Shown here in pieces: positions 36,001-40,188 of a DNA stretch of 64,000 nt. The stretch is taken from assembly GCA_020050685.1 (NCBI GenBank), contig JAGVKG010000065.1:17984-81983 (forward strand), in the 5' to 3' direction. The translations under genes and the position numbers were made by a program. The notes beneath the pieces were generated by a model. It was not told the origin of the DNA and did not search any database. It was given only the letters and a program-made list of their open reading frames with translations. This DNA comes from Candidatus Obscuribacterales bacterium (GTDB taxonomy: Bacteria > Cyanobacteriota > Vampirovibrionia > Obscuribacterales > Obscuribacteraceae). Position 1 is the stretch's first letter, and every line of letters starts with the position of its first letter.

Positions 36001-38539
36001 AATTGGCTCATCTACTGCGCCAATTCAGGTATCAGTTCAGTCGCTTGCTGTGACTACGGGCACAGGTCGTGCATACATTAATAGTACTGGTGCGCCGAAC
36101 CTGACGATTACTACATCGACTCTTGGTGGTACGTTACAAGTTACTGCTGATTGTCCGATATGCGTTGCCGGTGTATTAACTGCATCTGGTATTACATTGC
36201 AGACGACGGCTGGTTCTAACTCAGACATTACCTTAGCTGCCAATTTGAATGCTTCGCAAATTACTCTTGGTGCTGACGGCTCAGGAAAGATTCAGCAAGC
36301 GTTCGGAACATTGACCGGCAACTCAGTAAGACTGACCAGTGGTTCCGGCAACATTGGATCGTTCTCCAAACCAATCTTTCTTAGTGCCAAGAATTTCACC
36401 GCCATCACGACTGGTTCTGTATTCATTAATAGTGCAAGCACGATTGCTGTCGGTCCCTCATCGGCGGGCGGTGCATTCTCCTTGCTCTCGGCGCGACCAA
36501 TCACTACCACTGGTCTGATTACAGGCAATGCCATTACCCTGGCAACAGCCACTGGCTCGAATGCAGCAATAAACATTACTGCTAGCCTAACGGGAACTGG
36601 TGTTGGTAGCACAATTAGCATTAATGCAAATGGATCAGGTTACATTGCTACATCCGGTGGTGCAGTACTTTCTGCATCCAGCGTTTCACTGACCAGCAAC
36701 ACAGGTAATATTGGTAACACTGCCGCGATTGCCACCACAACTGGAGCCCTTGCTGCTAACACTTTGGGTAACGTAACAATTACCAACCAAGGAGCTGTAA
36801 CGGTTAGTGATTCAATGGCTGGCTCGGCAACGGGCAGAATATTTAAATTGACGTCTACAGGCACCATCACCACATCTGGTGTTATCTCCGGAAATAAAGT
36901 TGACATATCTGCCAGTGGAACTGGCAACATCATCGTGGGAGATGACATCAATGGTACTGGAACAAATAGCACGATTAGCTTGAAGACTTCGAGCAAGACA
37001 GCTGGCACTGGAACAATCACCAATCCGGCTGGCGCTCTGACTGCTACAAATGTTACGCTTAGCACCGCCAGTGGTGACATCGGAGCCTTACTTACACCCA
37101 TATCTGTTTCCACAACCAATTTGACAGTAACAGCCGGGAGCGGCACCATCTTAGTTGATGGCTTTGTTTCAAGCACCGGTCCTGTGACACTCAAGAGCTC
37201 AAAGGCAACTGATGCCTTGAATATCACATCTGCTGGTAATATCTTGGTGCGTGGAACAATTTCGGCAATTACGCTCACATTAGCTGGCGCTGCAGCAAGT
37301 AATGCCGGTATAGATGTAGGTAGCGCAATTACTGGCAAAGGTGCAACGGCAATTGTAAATATCTTTGCTGATGGTTCAGGCACCATAACCAAGTCTGGCA
37401 GTGGATCAATTACCGCACCATTCATAAACCTGAGCAGCGGCACAGGCGACATTGGAACTGTTGGTACACGTCTTGCAACCAAAGCAGCTAACGGAACTGC
37501 TGCTGGTACATTAACCGTTAACACTGGTGGTAGCGCATTCATCACCAATTCCAGCAATATGTTCTTCGATACGTCAGTGGTCGGCACCACACTTCAGCTT
37601 GTTAACGCAGGAACAATTACCACTGTCGGTGATATTTCCGCTAACGCTTTGACCTTGCAAACTTCAAAGACTGGAATAATCGTTGGTTCTAATTTAACTG
37701 GAACTGCTTCTGTGACGCTAATAACCACTGGCAATACGCCGATTAGCCAAACTGCCGGTGTAATCACTGCGCCATCGGTAACCTTCACCACTGATGCAGC
37801 CGCTATCGGAACGTCACTTGCATCGATGCAAACTGCAACTGCAAGTCTGACAGTGAACATGGTTAAATCTACCTCGTCAACAAAAAATGGTGCCTTCGTA
37901 AGTAACACCGGTGCATTGGTCCTCAATGATTCCGTTGTTGGTGGATCGTTTGTTCTCACCAATACCGGTAGCCTAACTATTAACGACATGACCACGCGCA
38001 ACGGTACGATTCTCATGCAAGCCAATGGTGCTGGTGGCATTGCCCTCACGGTCACTGCCGCTAGTGTGGTTTCTGCCACAAATGGCGGTGTTACTTTGCA
38101 GAACAATGACGTTGCTGCTGGAACAATACTTATCGATACCGGCGCGCAAGTTTTGACTAAAGCAAAGACATCCCCGCTTGGTCAATTGGCAATTGTGATT
38201 GGTGCAGTTCCAGGCTTGCCGGTTGTCGGACCTAATCCGGGTAATGTGACGATAGTCGAACAAAACGGCGGTCAAGTATTCTTTGGCGCAAATGGTATCA
38301 CTGCCAACGCGCCGAACAATGCACTTACTGCTATTACGCAACGGGTAATCTTTAGCACAGGAGCACTCGGTGCTGGTGCAATCACAATCAATGGTGGCAC
38401 AACGATAACTGGCAAAGTTGGTTACGACCAATCACCATCCGAGCCAGGAGAAATGATCGTAGACACTGGCGAAAGCGGATTAGGCGACGATGAATCCGGG
38501 GACGAATGGACAGTGCTCGAATCCGTATCGGCCAAATAG
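12047..38539 (+). CDS. Giant secreted repeat protein, about 8,830 aa (putative beta-solenoid surface fibril/adhesin-like protein of unrecognised family)
   Basis: A single uninterrupted ORF (track start TTG 12035; first ATG at 12047 preceded by GGAG). The N-terminus MKPIRLLMTLILSLQLVMPMAAFA/GPF looks like a Sec signal peptide. The body is Gly/Ser/Thr/Ala/Asn/Ile-rich with recurring G-[ND]-G-G-[ST]-[IV] turns. No other frame or strand here has an ORF longer than 614 codons. Confidence 0.85.
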   Translation: MKPIRLLMTLILSLQLVMPMAAFAGPFRDSHPLGGEAGTGTQSTGGQTTSGLDPSALTGLAAVSAGALNLDLGSTARTFSLESLGVSSLTLRMAGQHVTFSASDMLTPAQFVAAQQVLSGSRQALRLGVDGNAVGGAFSLQPNLVQNVGNLVVPQNVSALLDVSTVASLNLSGNLVNAGKLYAFSQTGETGAANISALNLYNQSGALISTFAPEIGRAAQLAPDNALPLDLNLSAMADIINAGTILSSGNLSLNAGGVIINQAVSGSSAVPLMQAANNVNLVSQLGSITNAGVIAALAGNLNIGSAQLNNIVINNAGGSLEALNGAISVRDANFVGMAHIYINGGNLLSKTLDLYSGEGKVKVNVDNLTGHVNVRGGEAHVTASTNVLTIGDICLVGDPSFYNTTGDVLIDGDLQFNGEDLAIVAFGDIITGSNAGLIDTSNAAGDGGSITMVAGANFTALALIPPPAPGEVQPPIPDANDANIELTINDGCCGGGKIDLSTGGAITMLNSASTGGDGEGGDINLIAFGGVLANSGTIKLPSAVTISAGGNGVGNNGDVIVTAGAIRGNAIQIGGINTATGAEGSGVVDITAAQPTAVGVTIVGGTITGGAFGAGTANTASISTGSIAANGVTIDLTSGANVLVNGSIVNNATTAAAGGTVNININSSLAFQIGGSPAFNGITGSISANAGATSGDGGAIAIINVGTGGIVLDSTALLSVNASSGAGGGAGGFIQLRASGTGASLSLASGTLAANATTGAALPEGGEIILFAAGTISVVGATALTLSANAQGIGNGGTISVTAQGTAADLAFGQAAGQFIISAQGGQAASASGDGGKITFFAGRNLTIDSTAISANPLGNNGDGADFTMTASGLPGGQLAISGNFDASAVGSGTGGTIIATSTAGRLSVSGNITANGGVTGGGGSVRLSLASTSPFTIFNGSTNNGVSGNITVNGGTTSGDGGTILLSAQGGAVNIASAQALSVAPLGSGNGGGLDFTAAGITIGPGVLSVDALGSGIGGTISFNSSNGIFVDGSISANGAGIGDGGTILFVSEFALPFNLALGESINGINGNVSALAGNTSGAGGHISMANSSGLNLTASSNISVATNQGDGGTIALSSSGGGVTVSSRTISVDAQGTGNFQGGGITLTGAFVTVTGSSSLNLSANARGAGDGGSIVVGTTASTSNLQIGSNRGQISISALGGQLGNADLIGGAGGNVTISAGQNLTVDMASVSVGPQGNNGDGALLTFTAGISSLGALLVNGDINVSGGGSDGTGTGGGGTITLSSASSETMDLALGEDKNGVNGLLIANGGTGGGAGGAISVSNSLSGGINLADTANLSVNAGPGGLGGDGGSVSLASDSGLLTISGGTINVDAKVSGQGGLIELRAPESNLIVAGVNPLILSADAIGTGIGGTVAVVAGGDTADLTIGNTSGQISISARGGTTSGNGGIVSVSAGQDLTVNAAQLNLAPRGTTGAGGTLTLAAGNGDDEGNLQIIGSVSVSGTQAGGGQGNGGIVSLLSDSSSPFVISNSPNVNGLAGSVSSNGGTTLGGGGTVSITNSGTGGVTLTNTSLVTASASLGGGSGGSIGLIAQAGTLTLPGGQIIDVDGESGGTFDGGIVTLRGTSLEITGGQSFRIRANGTATGAGGRVALISTGLFSDMAIGNGANQFEIYANGGATSGDAGTVELTSGRGLTVNPSFMQAGVGLSGKGATLSLRSGATGDTSSAGSLLVTGSINANGTGLGQGGDVLLSSAVGNLLVQGSVSARGLALGAGGSVTLNSNSTTQFVVGAGAVTNGIQGTVDTQAGVGDGGTIEIANAGTGGIGIPSLANLITQASAGSGGTVNLATLGTLNIAAGTLSLDAQGAGNFSGGNFTLSASIISVNGGGTLNLSADALGTGAGGAVFIESTNSLAGLGIGIATSFGQLTVSAEGGSVGSGAGNGGSLTVRSGANLSIDTADIQVAPRGTTGNGASLSFTAGIAGEGVFSMTGALSADGVGTAGGGSVFIRTTSASSLNVGGTITANAGAGAVTGTSLNGGTINIINSGTGGITFSNADTIAANAGGGGKGGTVNISSLLGPITIGGGSISANGSGCGAFDGGTISMVSNSLAVLPLSANALVLTANAVGNGKGGTVSVTAAGAASNIVVGNGAGQISIFARGGTAGSTAGDGGSITLSATGDVNVTNSAFLDASPQGVDGNGQNLTLTTQSVTGNLSADGVGFGSGGTITITSPTDNVIVAGSVTANGGTSGNGGTISITSDSDSAFVVGPAATVNGVTGALTANGGASFGSGGSVTVTNNGGGGVSLSAAAVLSVAGSAAGGAGGSLTVAAPIGTLTLSGASLSANAGGSGPFNGGKIALSGRMLNTGVAATTTLSANAVGTGSGGSISLVATDTTANLVVGNGAGQVTISATGGTGGLTPSTAGNGGTVLLSVGGNLTINPASLTVGPLGTNGNGASVTLAAGTAVTSSLTKTLTINGTLNVAGAAGGSGTGGVAKLTAGSSSGDGTTFGTVVIDGGISAQGSGTGNGGTVSVNYLASSTFNIGTGAAGANGIAGSINAASGATGAGGSISIVNSGTGGINVNAASDLSITASGGAGGALTVSAPGGALSFGGGTVSASSAGFGDFSGGTIALTGQTFSISGSALILNANAVGLGNGGTISVSGSGGVSSLTVGNAAGELEAFARGGSALSAAGNGGSITISMGGSLTVNSTFLNASPLGTNGNGGKLSLSAASQASGSLTVTNGLDASGNGSGIGGTIVVQSSGALLGFNGTLSITGAVNASGGTTASAGTILLSANATSAISVAGALTANGGATSGNGGTINVTNFGTNVASGTTLSSAPSSSAVGSGAGGSIKLIANQGTLSIANGTTSASAAGANDFNGGQILFAASSLSITGGSFLTLNANAAGGGAGGSVSVLATGATSDISVGNAAGNIRVFATGGTGGSTIGNGGRIALTAGRDLLIDSTHLSADALGTNGNGGNLRLTANGTATLLVSHGIIVTGSLAAAGNGDGSGGLISLMAPLGNVSLTGSLSAASGAGVGNGGSIVVTAGSPQVFTIGTAAPSNGVGGGISASAAGTSGAGGTVTITNAAGIAFAALSSVTADGGTIGSGGNVTLSALSAALSIDGGTISAVAHGAGAFSGGQISLFSSSFTTSGFGVGPLSLLADGSGTGAGGSILIKASGITADLTVGGGIGDILINARGGSLLSAAGDGGSVTIEVGRNLTVNTASLLIGPLGNNGSGANISLRANASVSCDTAGTLTVTGSLNASGVGIGNGGNLELISAAGNLSITGSVSANAQTTGNAGSITMLSNSVSPFLVGAAITPLNGITGTISANAGSVKGASGSIAITNEGIGGIEFRPGSSVSLAASGGGGSGGTITIDANAGPLSIAGGTLSVNASGGGAFSGGTISLSGLELVLITGLGTGPLNLLANGAGTGAGGKVSIALIGALSDLEIGSGSGQISISALGGGAGGNGGIVNLSVGRNLLVDPLALLANPQAGSGSGATINLVASQASAGDLVVSSSLSANGIGDGAGGLLNLSSARGNVLVSGALSANGSGEGDGGSVTVTSASALDFSVANAAIVNGLTGLISVAAGATSGNGGTIVLTNAGSGGITLGTTASLNADASAGVDGGAGGTIKLLAGNGLVEILSTSLSANGTGTGAFDGGVIVVTAGTLFVNGASALAISANGSALGNGGSIELGSTDTTSSLSIGASHGSMTLTATGGSGGSATGNGGSATVSAGGGIALDPTSLALDPQGTNGAGATMSFTSSQGNIQVFGNLFANGVGEGNGGTISLSATANNLFVSGSLSASATGEGKGGAITLTSNSQANFTVFSGATANGVMGTISATGGGTGGDGGTIVISNQNATLGAAGVTLANAGVISVFASPGGGSGGIIAISGQSINIGSGPNLSANASGSGQFVGGSITLISNSELFVNTGITANGGTNGSGGSIELVCNSIFAFTLGPQAEQNGVTNLVSAQAGNAGGNGGEIVVTNNAAGGITLTNTNNISVQASPGGGAGGTIDFEAPVGVLSIASGNLSASAGGAGSFSGGEITFDASSLVVTGSTFLTLFADASGSGNGGTIIVKTETGSGLTIGNQTGNLSIFARGGSAASVAGDGGSIEIASGGNLTVDPQALQAGPRGVSGKGATLKLTAGVTTQGTLFVSGDLLADGVGSADGGSIALSSHNNSEFIIGSSAVSSGVQGRISAQAGTIAGGGGKILVSSTGTGGISLLDLSDLSVTPVSGAGGTIELLSSAGTLTIASGTLFASASGSGNFNGGQINLGAAGFSIAGGGALNLLANGRFEGSGGGITIAISNDQDLTIGNGAQQLTISATGGIAGSVNGDGGHVTINVGGNLTVNPQYFTVQPLGDEGGGAEIELGAGRAGSGNLFINGILDASAVGDRDGGSIILTSASDTPFTIGATATVNGVFEVRANGGAVVGDGGAIVIGAEGLGGIAIPSPDKVSVRAGSIGIGGTIALLADSGTEAAPLTIGGGTLAVDARGAGDNDGGVLILRGSILTVTGPNALLLSANGSGDGVGGTISVNLRASTSDLTIDNASGGITLSATGGSSGSTSGDGGVIVMSVGRALFVNAAAVNAQALGVNGEGALLTFTAGNLLTGGLSVLGNLSANGVGTGAGGSITLSSKTAAVFVSGNVSASSTGSGSGGTISISSVSGLGVAFTVDSSATTNGVTGQILAEQGPLSSGEGALGGSITISNFGEGGITLPDPANVSVVSTQAASGGGTIVLDAVANSQAPGALTIGAGVLNAAANGAGDFDGGTISLIGSSLSITNGGFLTMAAGAVGAGNGGTVTVTVSGLTSDLTIGTAAGQFIADASGGSAGSIAGNGGAINISAGRNLTVNDTSFVLVAPRGDNGNGGALRLSAATGGSGTLTIGGANPIVASGVGEGNGGTVLLSSNSTTALTVPAVITANAGDKAGNGGVITIRNSGSGGILFGSALINISANGSKRTGNGGTIRIEAPVGPVTIGGGDISVSCSGCGVQNGGEISITAQSLVVLGGVGTGPLNLKANAAGAGNGGTISVTSTSATTDVTIGGLTGQITVSATGGTSILGIPTSIFGDGGKINLTSGRNLVIDPAFLNADPLGLNGNGAQITLITNGANGTISGDLSADGVGKGSGGLIRISAPNGNVLVTGSLSANADQGATGSGNGGTVELTSSSSTSFVIDPTATTNGVQGTIAAIAGLLAGNGGTISVVNSGTGGITLGALAALNVNGSVGGGSGGTVTISAAKGGAATGQITIAGGSISANGQGVGVYNGGKIDIFGLSFVNSGVTFATLSANGSGSGNGGQVSVVASSDTTDITIGSAGGNLEIFARSGLTNGNGGSITITAGRNLTIDQSVMLADPRGTNGNGGTLNLTSGAASTNPAADLKINGIGDLDVSGAGVGSGGVLKAISNTGDLLIEGNIIADGGTVGDGGSVTLSFRSNNNFNVGGVVTTNGVDGYIHANSGSVSGSGGVIGISNLNTTLGAGGLNIPDGTFLSASASAGDGGIISGSTPGGTITVGSGTMTVSAGGVGSFNGGEISFAGAAFTITGGAPLILTADAVGSGNGGKISIIGQALASNLTVGNVGNQLEAFARGGSIASGSGNGGSITIKVGGNLTVSDTSLIDAGPRGTNGNGASYILAAGNAANSSLSVTGSLNGSGVGVGNGGLVSATSGLAGQFTGSLTITGGVTASGGTNGIGGEITLVANSAVALSVGGTLTANGGTLLGNGGFIFATNPLSGGITLGGVPSAAGSTGGGNGGSIELTSTLGALSIPGGGAGSPASASAGGAGTFNGGEIRLTGTALNVTGGTFLALTANGVGAGNGGIIVVNASTASLTVGTLAGNITLSATGGTGGGTPSSTGDGGTLSLSSGLNITVNAASSNFVANPLGTNGRGANYYLVAGSAGVGSIAVNGGGLDASANGDGSGGNILARSLTGNVFIAGDVLADAGSGTGNGGTITVLANSATAFAILPAALVNGIQGTISADAGGVQGDGGIISITNLGIGGVRFGAGADITVDGSSGAGGGSGGALTIAAPTGTIAVAGGSLSANGGGPGVDGEFRGGQIQLTALLIQNDPLASAPLTLTANAAGRGLGGQVSVIATGSEADITIGTAAGEISISATGGSLGSLDGAGGIVVVSAGRNLTVHTAALIANPEGTNGAGAIFKLAATTAVNSGELIDCDVPGTLAIIKDIGFDSIDAAGRGDADGGIIILSAIAGNVTVASELIADAGSGIGNGGTISITSNSPSPLLLEDTVSAKAGGVSGNGGTISAVNLGSGGISYTALTAITVSGSAGGGNGGSVSLIASGANAPITLATSSIAVNGGASGNGNGGRITITTSLLNMVQTAPTLLSANGSGNGNGGVISVTVAGNNVIMGTANGELMMQATGGSSGSSAGDGGTLRVTAGLNIGILDVGLVQSVFYAAPQGLSGSGANLSIISGVSGPSDIVVGVLGGLNGGAVGDGNGGSVVLNAGNSTAVAGFGDITVTGGPIITSADKNGSGGLQSITANSMNTLEAIGGGSSNGGTNSGNGGTILVTNTGTGGIQIDNTAVFEVKAFNGAVGGSGGVITFSAATGALRVQGGSIDASAGTQGNGGQVQVTALSIINATGVSAPLTIVADAAGTGTGGTVSITATSTTADLAVGTLPGQLTISAKGGSANSVGGDGGKISLSTGRNLSVNAAELAAQPLGTNGAGAAISLVAGTGPQGRLLVTNGNINASGNGIGKGGSITLVAASTTNFILGPTANNNGMTGLLLANAGATSGDGGSISITNRNSTNGQGGITISSTANLSANASLGGGKGGNISISAGDQSTSSTGMLTIAFGTLAVNAGGASGNFSGGTIQLAVSGITVGAGGALVLSADAVGTGNGGTVNVTTFGSSSNIIVGRASQQIAISAKGGSLGSTSGNGGTVALTSARSITVYLFDPAMPLIPAAITADPQGANGNGATISLIASTAGVGSLWVGGVNAVPIDLSANGVGAGSGGTITLSQNSSSLFNISSTSTFVGVVGTISANAGAATGKGGRVVISNAGTGGITLADPALISVAASLGGGNGGSISMSSTAGTITIAGGTLAADASSSGDFQGGAITINAAKFSMTGATALTLSAKANGIGNGGTVSVTTTGPSAPNLTIGTLATNLRVVAPGGTNGGAGGIVSVISAARLIVDPLGLDIAPAAGKNGNGASLTLTTTAGNLSITASLNVNGAGTGSGGTMSLSSASAISVAGSLSANGGTSGSGGSISLSTSSTAPFLLTTGTSSNNSLTGTITADRGGSISLNMASSGGITVGALAVLAANGIASGGAGGSITIVTTGNLTVGGGVLNANGQGTGVANGGAISITALRVMNGGGVAMALNANASGIGNGGNVAVTATDATASFTVGAGAGQFAISATGGSVASLAGDGGTVTLQAGNSLTVNTGSLSAGPIGAHGSGATLIFNAGSAGSGTLFVNTGGTAGILSANGVGRGDGGTISLTSSHGTAFTIGAGVVSQGVNGIISANAGAVDGNGGSISVSNNNTSGAGGITVLAVSNLSVAPSLAGGDGGSLTFNSPNGTIRIASGVLSTSAAGLDSFDGGEIRISGLAFVVTGAGSLMLAANATGAGDGGSVEVKTVGASDLTMGGAAGQFTVQATGGTGGIDPSDGGDGGSVTIVSGRGLTISNTSNILAGPLGTNGDGADITLSVSSVSSPGSGFMKILAGDLNVNGRGDGDGGTVILTVNMNGGFGVGLGVLGTANGMVGTISANGSGTGAGGEINVTNAFGSLTLGALANISANGGSTSGAGGTISMSATNSTMTIVGGNTLSANGTGASGNFNGGEITLSALTIAGNALTPMTISANGAGAGAGGAVSITSTNKSSNLNNNFLTIVANGGSTNSGAGDGGVITMSSGSQLIVDLSRITAGPLGAAGLGATIKLTSGTGGSGALTVSNAVTAGVLPASIALTSSSAILQSGVVPIAAVSLSLTTTGSGSIGSSTAPIQVSVQSLAVTTGTGRAYINSTGAPNLTITTSTLGGTLQVTADCPICVAGVLTASGITLQTTAGSNSDITLAANLNASQITLGADGSGKIQQAFGTLTGNSVRLTSGSGNIGSFSKPIFLSAKNFTAITTGSVFINSASTIAVGPSSAGGAFSLLSARPITTTGLITGNAITLATATGSNAAINITASLTGTGVGSTISINANGSGYIATSGGAVLSASSVSLTSNTGNIGNTAAIATTTGALAANTLGNVTITNQGAVTVSDSMAGSATGRIFKLTSTGTITTSGVISGNKVDISASGTGNIIVGDDINGTGTNSTISLKTSSKTAGTGTITNPAGALTATNVTLSTASGDIGALLTPISVSTTNLTVTAGSGTILVDGFVSSTGPVTLKSSKATDALNITSAGNILVRGTISAITLTLAGAAASNAGIDVGSAITGKGATAIVNIFADGSGTITKSGSGSITAPFINLSSGTGDIGTVGTRLATKAANGTAAGTLTVNTGGSAFITNSSNMFFDTSVVGTTLQLVNAGTITTVGDISANALTLQTSKTGIIVGSNLTGTASVTLITTGNTPISQTAGVITAPSVTFTTDAAAIGTSLASMQTATASLTVNMVKSTSSTKNGAFVSNTGALVLNDSVVGGSFVLTNTGSLTINDMTTRNGTILMQANGAGGIALTVTAASVVSATNGGVTLQNNDVAAGTILIDTGAQVLTKAKTSPLGQLAIVIGAVPGLPVVGPNPGNVTIVEQNGGQVFFGANGITANAPNNALTAITQRVIFSTGALGAGAITINGGTTITGKVGYDQSPSEPGEMIVDTGESGLGDDESGDEWTVLESVSAK
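13980..35880 (+). repeat. Coding array of about 28 degenerate super-repeats of about 225-260 aa (about 740-770 nt) inside the giant gene
   Basis: Landmark [FYN]-x-G-G-x-I was counted 28 times between about 15,470 and about 35,530, an average spacing of about 745 nt. One copy measured exactly: GCGAFDGG at 18329 to GSGPFNGG at 19094, which is 255 aa. There is a half-length unit near 23,830..24,215. Boundaries are approximate. Confidence 0.8.
35990..38170 (+). repeat. Second repeat class in the giant gene: about six Gly-poorer Thr/Ser/Ile-rich units of about 115-120 aa
   Basis: Landmarks recur at about 116-119 aa spacing: SGSIGSSTAPIQVS, SGNIGSFSKPIFLS, TGNIGNTAAIATT, SGDIGALLTPISVS, TGDIGTVGTRLAT, AAAIGTSLASMQT. 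Boundaries are approximate. Confidence 0.6.
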
Positions 38540-38583
38540 AGTCCCATAACTCGCAGATACTTTCATCGAAGTGCACGATTCCA

Positions 38584-40188
38584 TCAATGTAAAACCTGTA
38601 TTTCTAACGGCGAGCCTGAGTATTCACCGGAGCGGAGCTTGGAGATTGCGGTTGGCACTAGGGCTGCAATTTCGCCGGCGACAATTCCGGAATCGCCAAT
38701 CAAGCCGGCAGCCATATCGCCGGCTGCGCCGTGAAGATACACGCCGGCAACCGCGGCATCAAATGGTTTAACATGTTGGGCAAGCAAGGCTCCGATAATT
38801 CCGGATAAAACATCTCCGGCTCCGGCTGTAGCCATAGCTTGATTGCCAGTGGGATTGATGAACACATCTCCATCCGGGCTGGCAACAACAGTGTGTGCGC
38901 CTTTGAGAACAATGTTTGCACCGAGCTGTGCGGCCGCTTTTGTAGCAGCACCAATGCGGTCGGCTTGAATGTTTTCGACAGTTGTGGACATTAGGCGTGC
39001 TAATTCTTTTGGATGTGGCGTCATGACAATATGCTTGGCTTGCTTTGGTATCACATTTAAATCCTGCGAAATTGCATTGAGTGCGTCGGCATCGATAACG
39101 CTTGGTTTGTTCAACTTTGGAACCAACTGATGAACAAACTTCACAGTATCCGCTTGTAGCGAAAGTCCCGGTCCCAAAACAATGGCCGACACAGCTTCCA
39201 TTTCCGATTCGACAGTTGAGATTGCCTTGGCGTTGATACTGGCGGTATCAGTCTCTTCTAATCCTTTATATATGATTTCATCTGCCGGCATTTCCGGAAC
39301 TAATGATTTAGGGCAAGCTAGAAAAGACATGCCTGCGCCGGTGCGTAAAGCACTCGTGGCCGCCAGGTGAGCCGCACCACGAAATTCCATGCTGCCAGCA
39401 ATGGTCAGGACATAACCAAAGGTTCCTTTGTGAGCATTTGCTGGACGCACTGGTAGTAAATTGTAGACATGACCGGCGGTAGTCAATCGCCATTTCGGTT
39501 GAATTCCTTTGGCTTGATCAAAACCGGGAAGTCCGATATCGACCAAACTTAATTGCCCAACAAGATCGGCTCCTGGATAACACAAAAGCCCAGCCTTCAA
39601 ATATCCGAATGTCACGGTGGCGTTAGCATGTACTGCCGCGCCCATGATTTGCCCAGTGTCCGAATTCACTCCGGATGGAATGTCGATTGCTAGTATAGGT
39701 CGACCATAAGCATTGATTAGATCAATTGCTTCTTTGTACGTTCCTTCGACTGTGCGATCGAGACCTGTTCCAAGTAAAGCGTCAATTACGACTCCGGCAT
39801 TCACTAGAGCATTTTTTAGTTGAGGCAAACTAGCTGCATCGATTGTGTTGACAGTGATACCAAGATTGGCAGTCACATCTTTATTAATCACACTTTCACT
39901 ACGCGCCGGTGCTTTGCTCGCGGCAACTTGCCAGATACTTATTGGCACATCCCACAGACGCAAGTAGCGTGCCACCACAAGACCATCGCCGCCTTTGTTG
40001 CCGGCACCGCAAACAATCACTGCTGGTCCGCAAGACTCTTGCCACATTCTGTAGACGTGTTCGGCCGCCGCGCGCCCAGCTAATTCCATTAGCACCAAAC
40101 CCCAATTCTCGTGACATGATTTGATCCAATTGGATTCGTGATTGCGCAATTCGCTTGTGCTTGGAATTATCAGGGAAGTTTCTTTCAT
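38584..40188 (-). CDS. nnr: Bifunctional NAD(P)H-hydrate repair enzyme (epimerase + ADP-dependent dehydratase)
   Basis: N-terminal YjeF_N-like region (LMELAGRAAAEHV, CGAGNKGGDG) and C-terminal carbohydrate-kinase-like region (TPHPKELARL, GAGDVLSGIIGALLAQ). The ATG at 40188 overlaps the upstream stop (ATGA). The 45-codon extension in the track ORF overlaps oppD and is unlikely to be real. Confidence 0.85.
   Translation of the reverse strand: MKETSLIIPSTSELRNHESNWIKSCHENWGLVLMELAGRAAAEHVYRMWQESCGPAVIVCGAGNKGGDGLVVARYLRLWDVPISIWQVAASKAPARSESVINKDVTANLGITVNTIDAASLPQLKNALVNAGVVIDALLGTGLDRTVEGTYKEAIDLINAYGRPILAIDIPSGVNSDTGQIMGAAVHANATVTFGYLKAGLLCYPGADLVGQLSLVDIGLPGFDQAKGIQPKWRLTTAGHVYNLLPVRPANAHKGTFGYVLTIAGSMEFRGAAHLAATSALRTGAGMSFLACPKSLVPEMPADEIIYKGLEETDTASINAKAISTVESEMEAVSAIVLGPGLSLQADTVKFVHQLVPKLNKPSVIDADALNAISQDLNVIPKQAKHIVMTPHPKELARLMSTTVENIQADRIGAATKAAAQLGANIVLKGAHTVVASPDGDVFINPTGNQAMATAGAGDVLSGIIGALLAQHVKPFDAAVAGVYLHGAAGDMAAGLIGDSGIVAGEIAALVPTAISKLRSGEYSGSPLEIQVLH

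Noticed and set aside
12136-38431. Dozens of long minus-strand ORFs inside the giant gene, up to 614 aa at 21460..23304, 436 aa at 34567..35877 and 365 aa at 15718..16815, all Pro/Ala/Val-rich
   Set aside because: These are shadow ORFs. They are the reverse complement of GGT/GGC/ACC/GCC-rich sense codons, which gives CCA/CCG/GGT-type codons and few stops. Their sequences are low-complexity PPxP strings that mirror the sense repeats. They are fragmented, whereas the sense frame is open for 8,834 codons.
12047-38539. Classifying the giant protein as an RTX/T1SS adhesin, TPS (FhaB-like) exoprotein, autotransporter or sortase substrate
   Set aside because: It has an N-terminal Sec-like signal, which is atypical for T1SS substrates. 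It lacks GGxGxD nonapeptides, the NPNL/NPNGI TPS motifs after the signal peptide, an aromatic-terminated C-terminal beta-barrel, and LPXTG. No partner genes lie nearby. It is therefore left unclassified rather than forced into a family.
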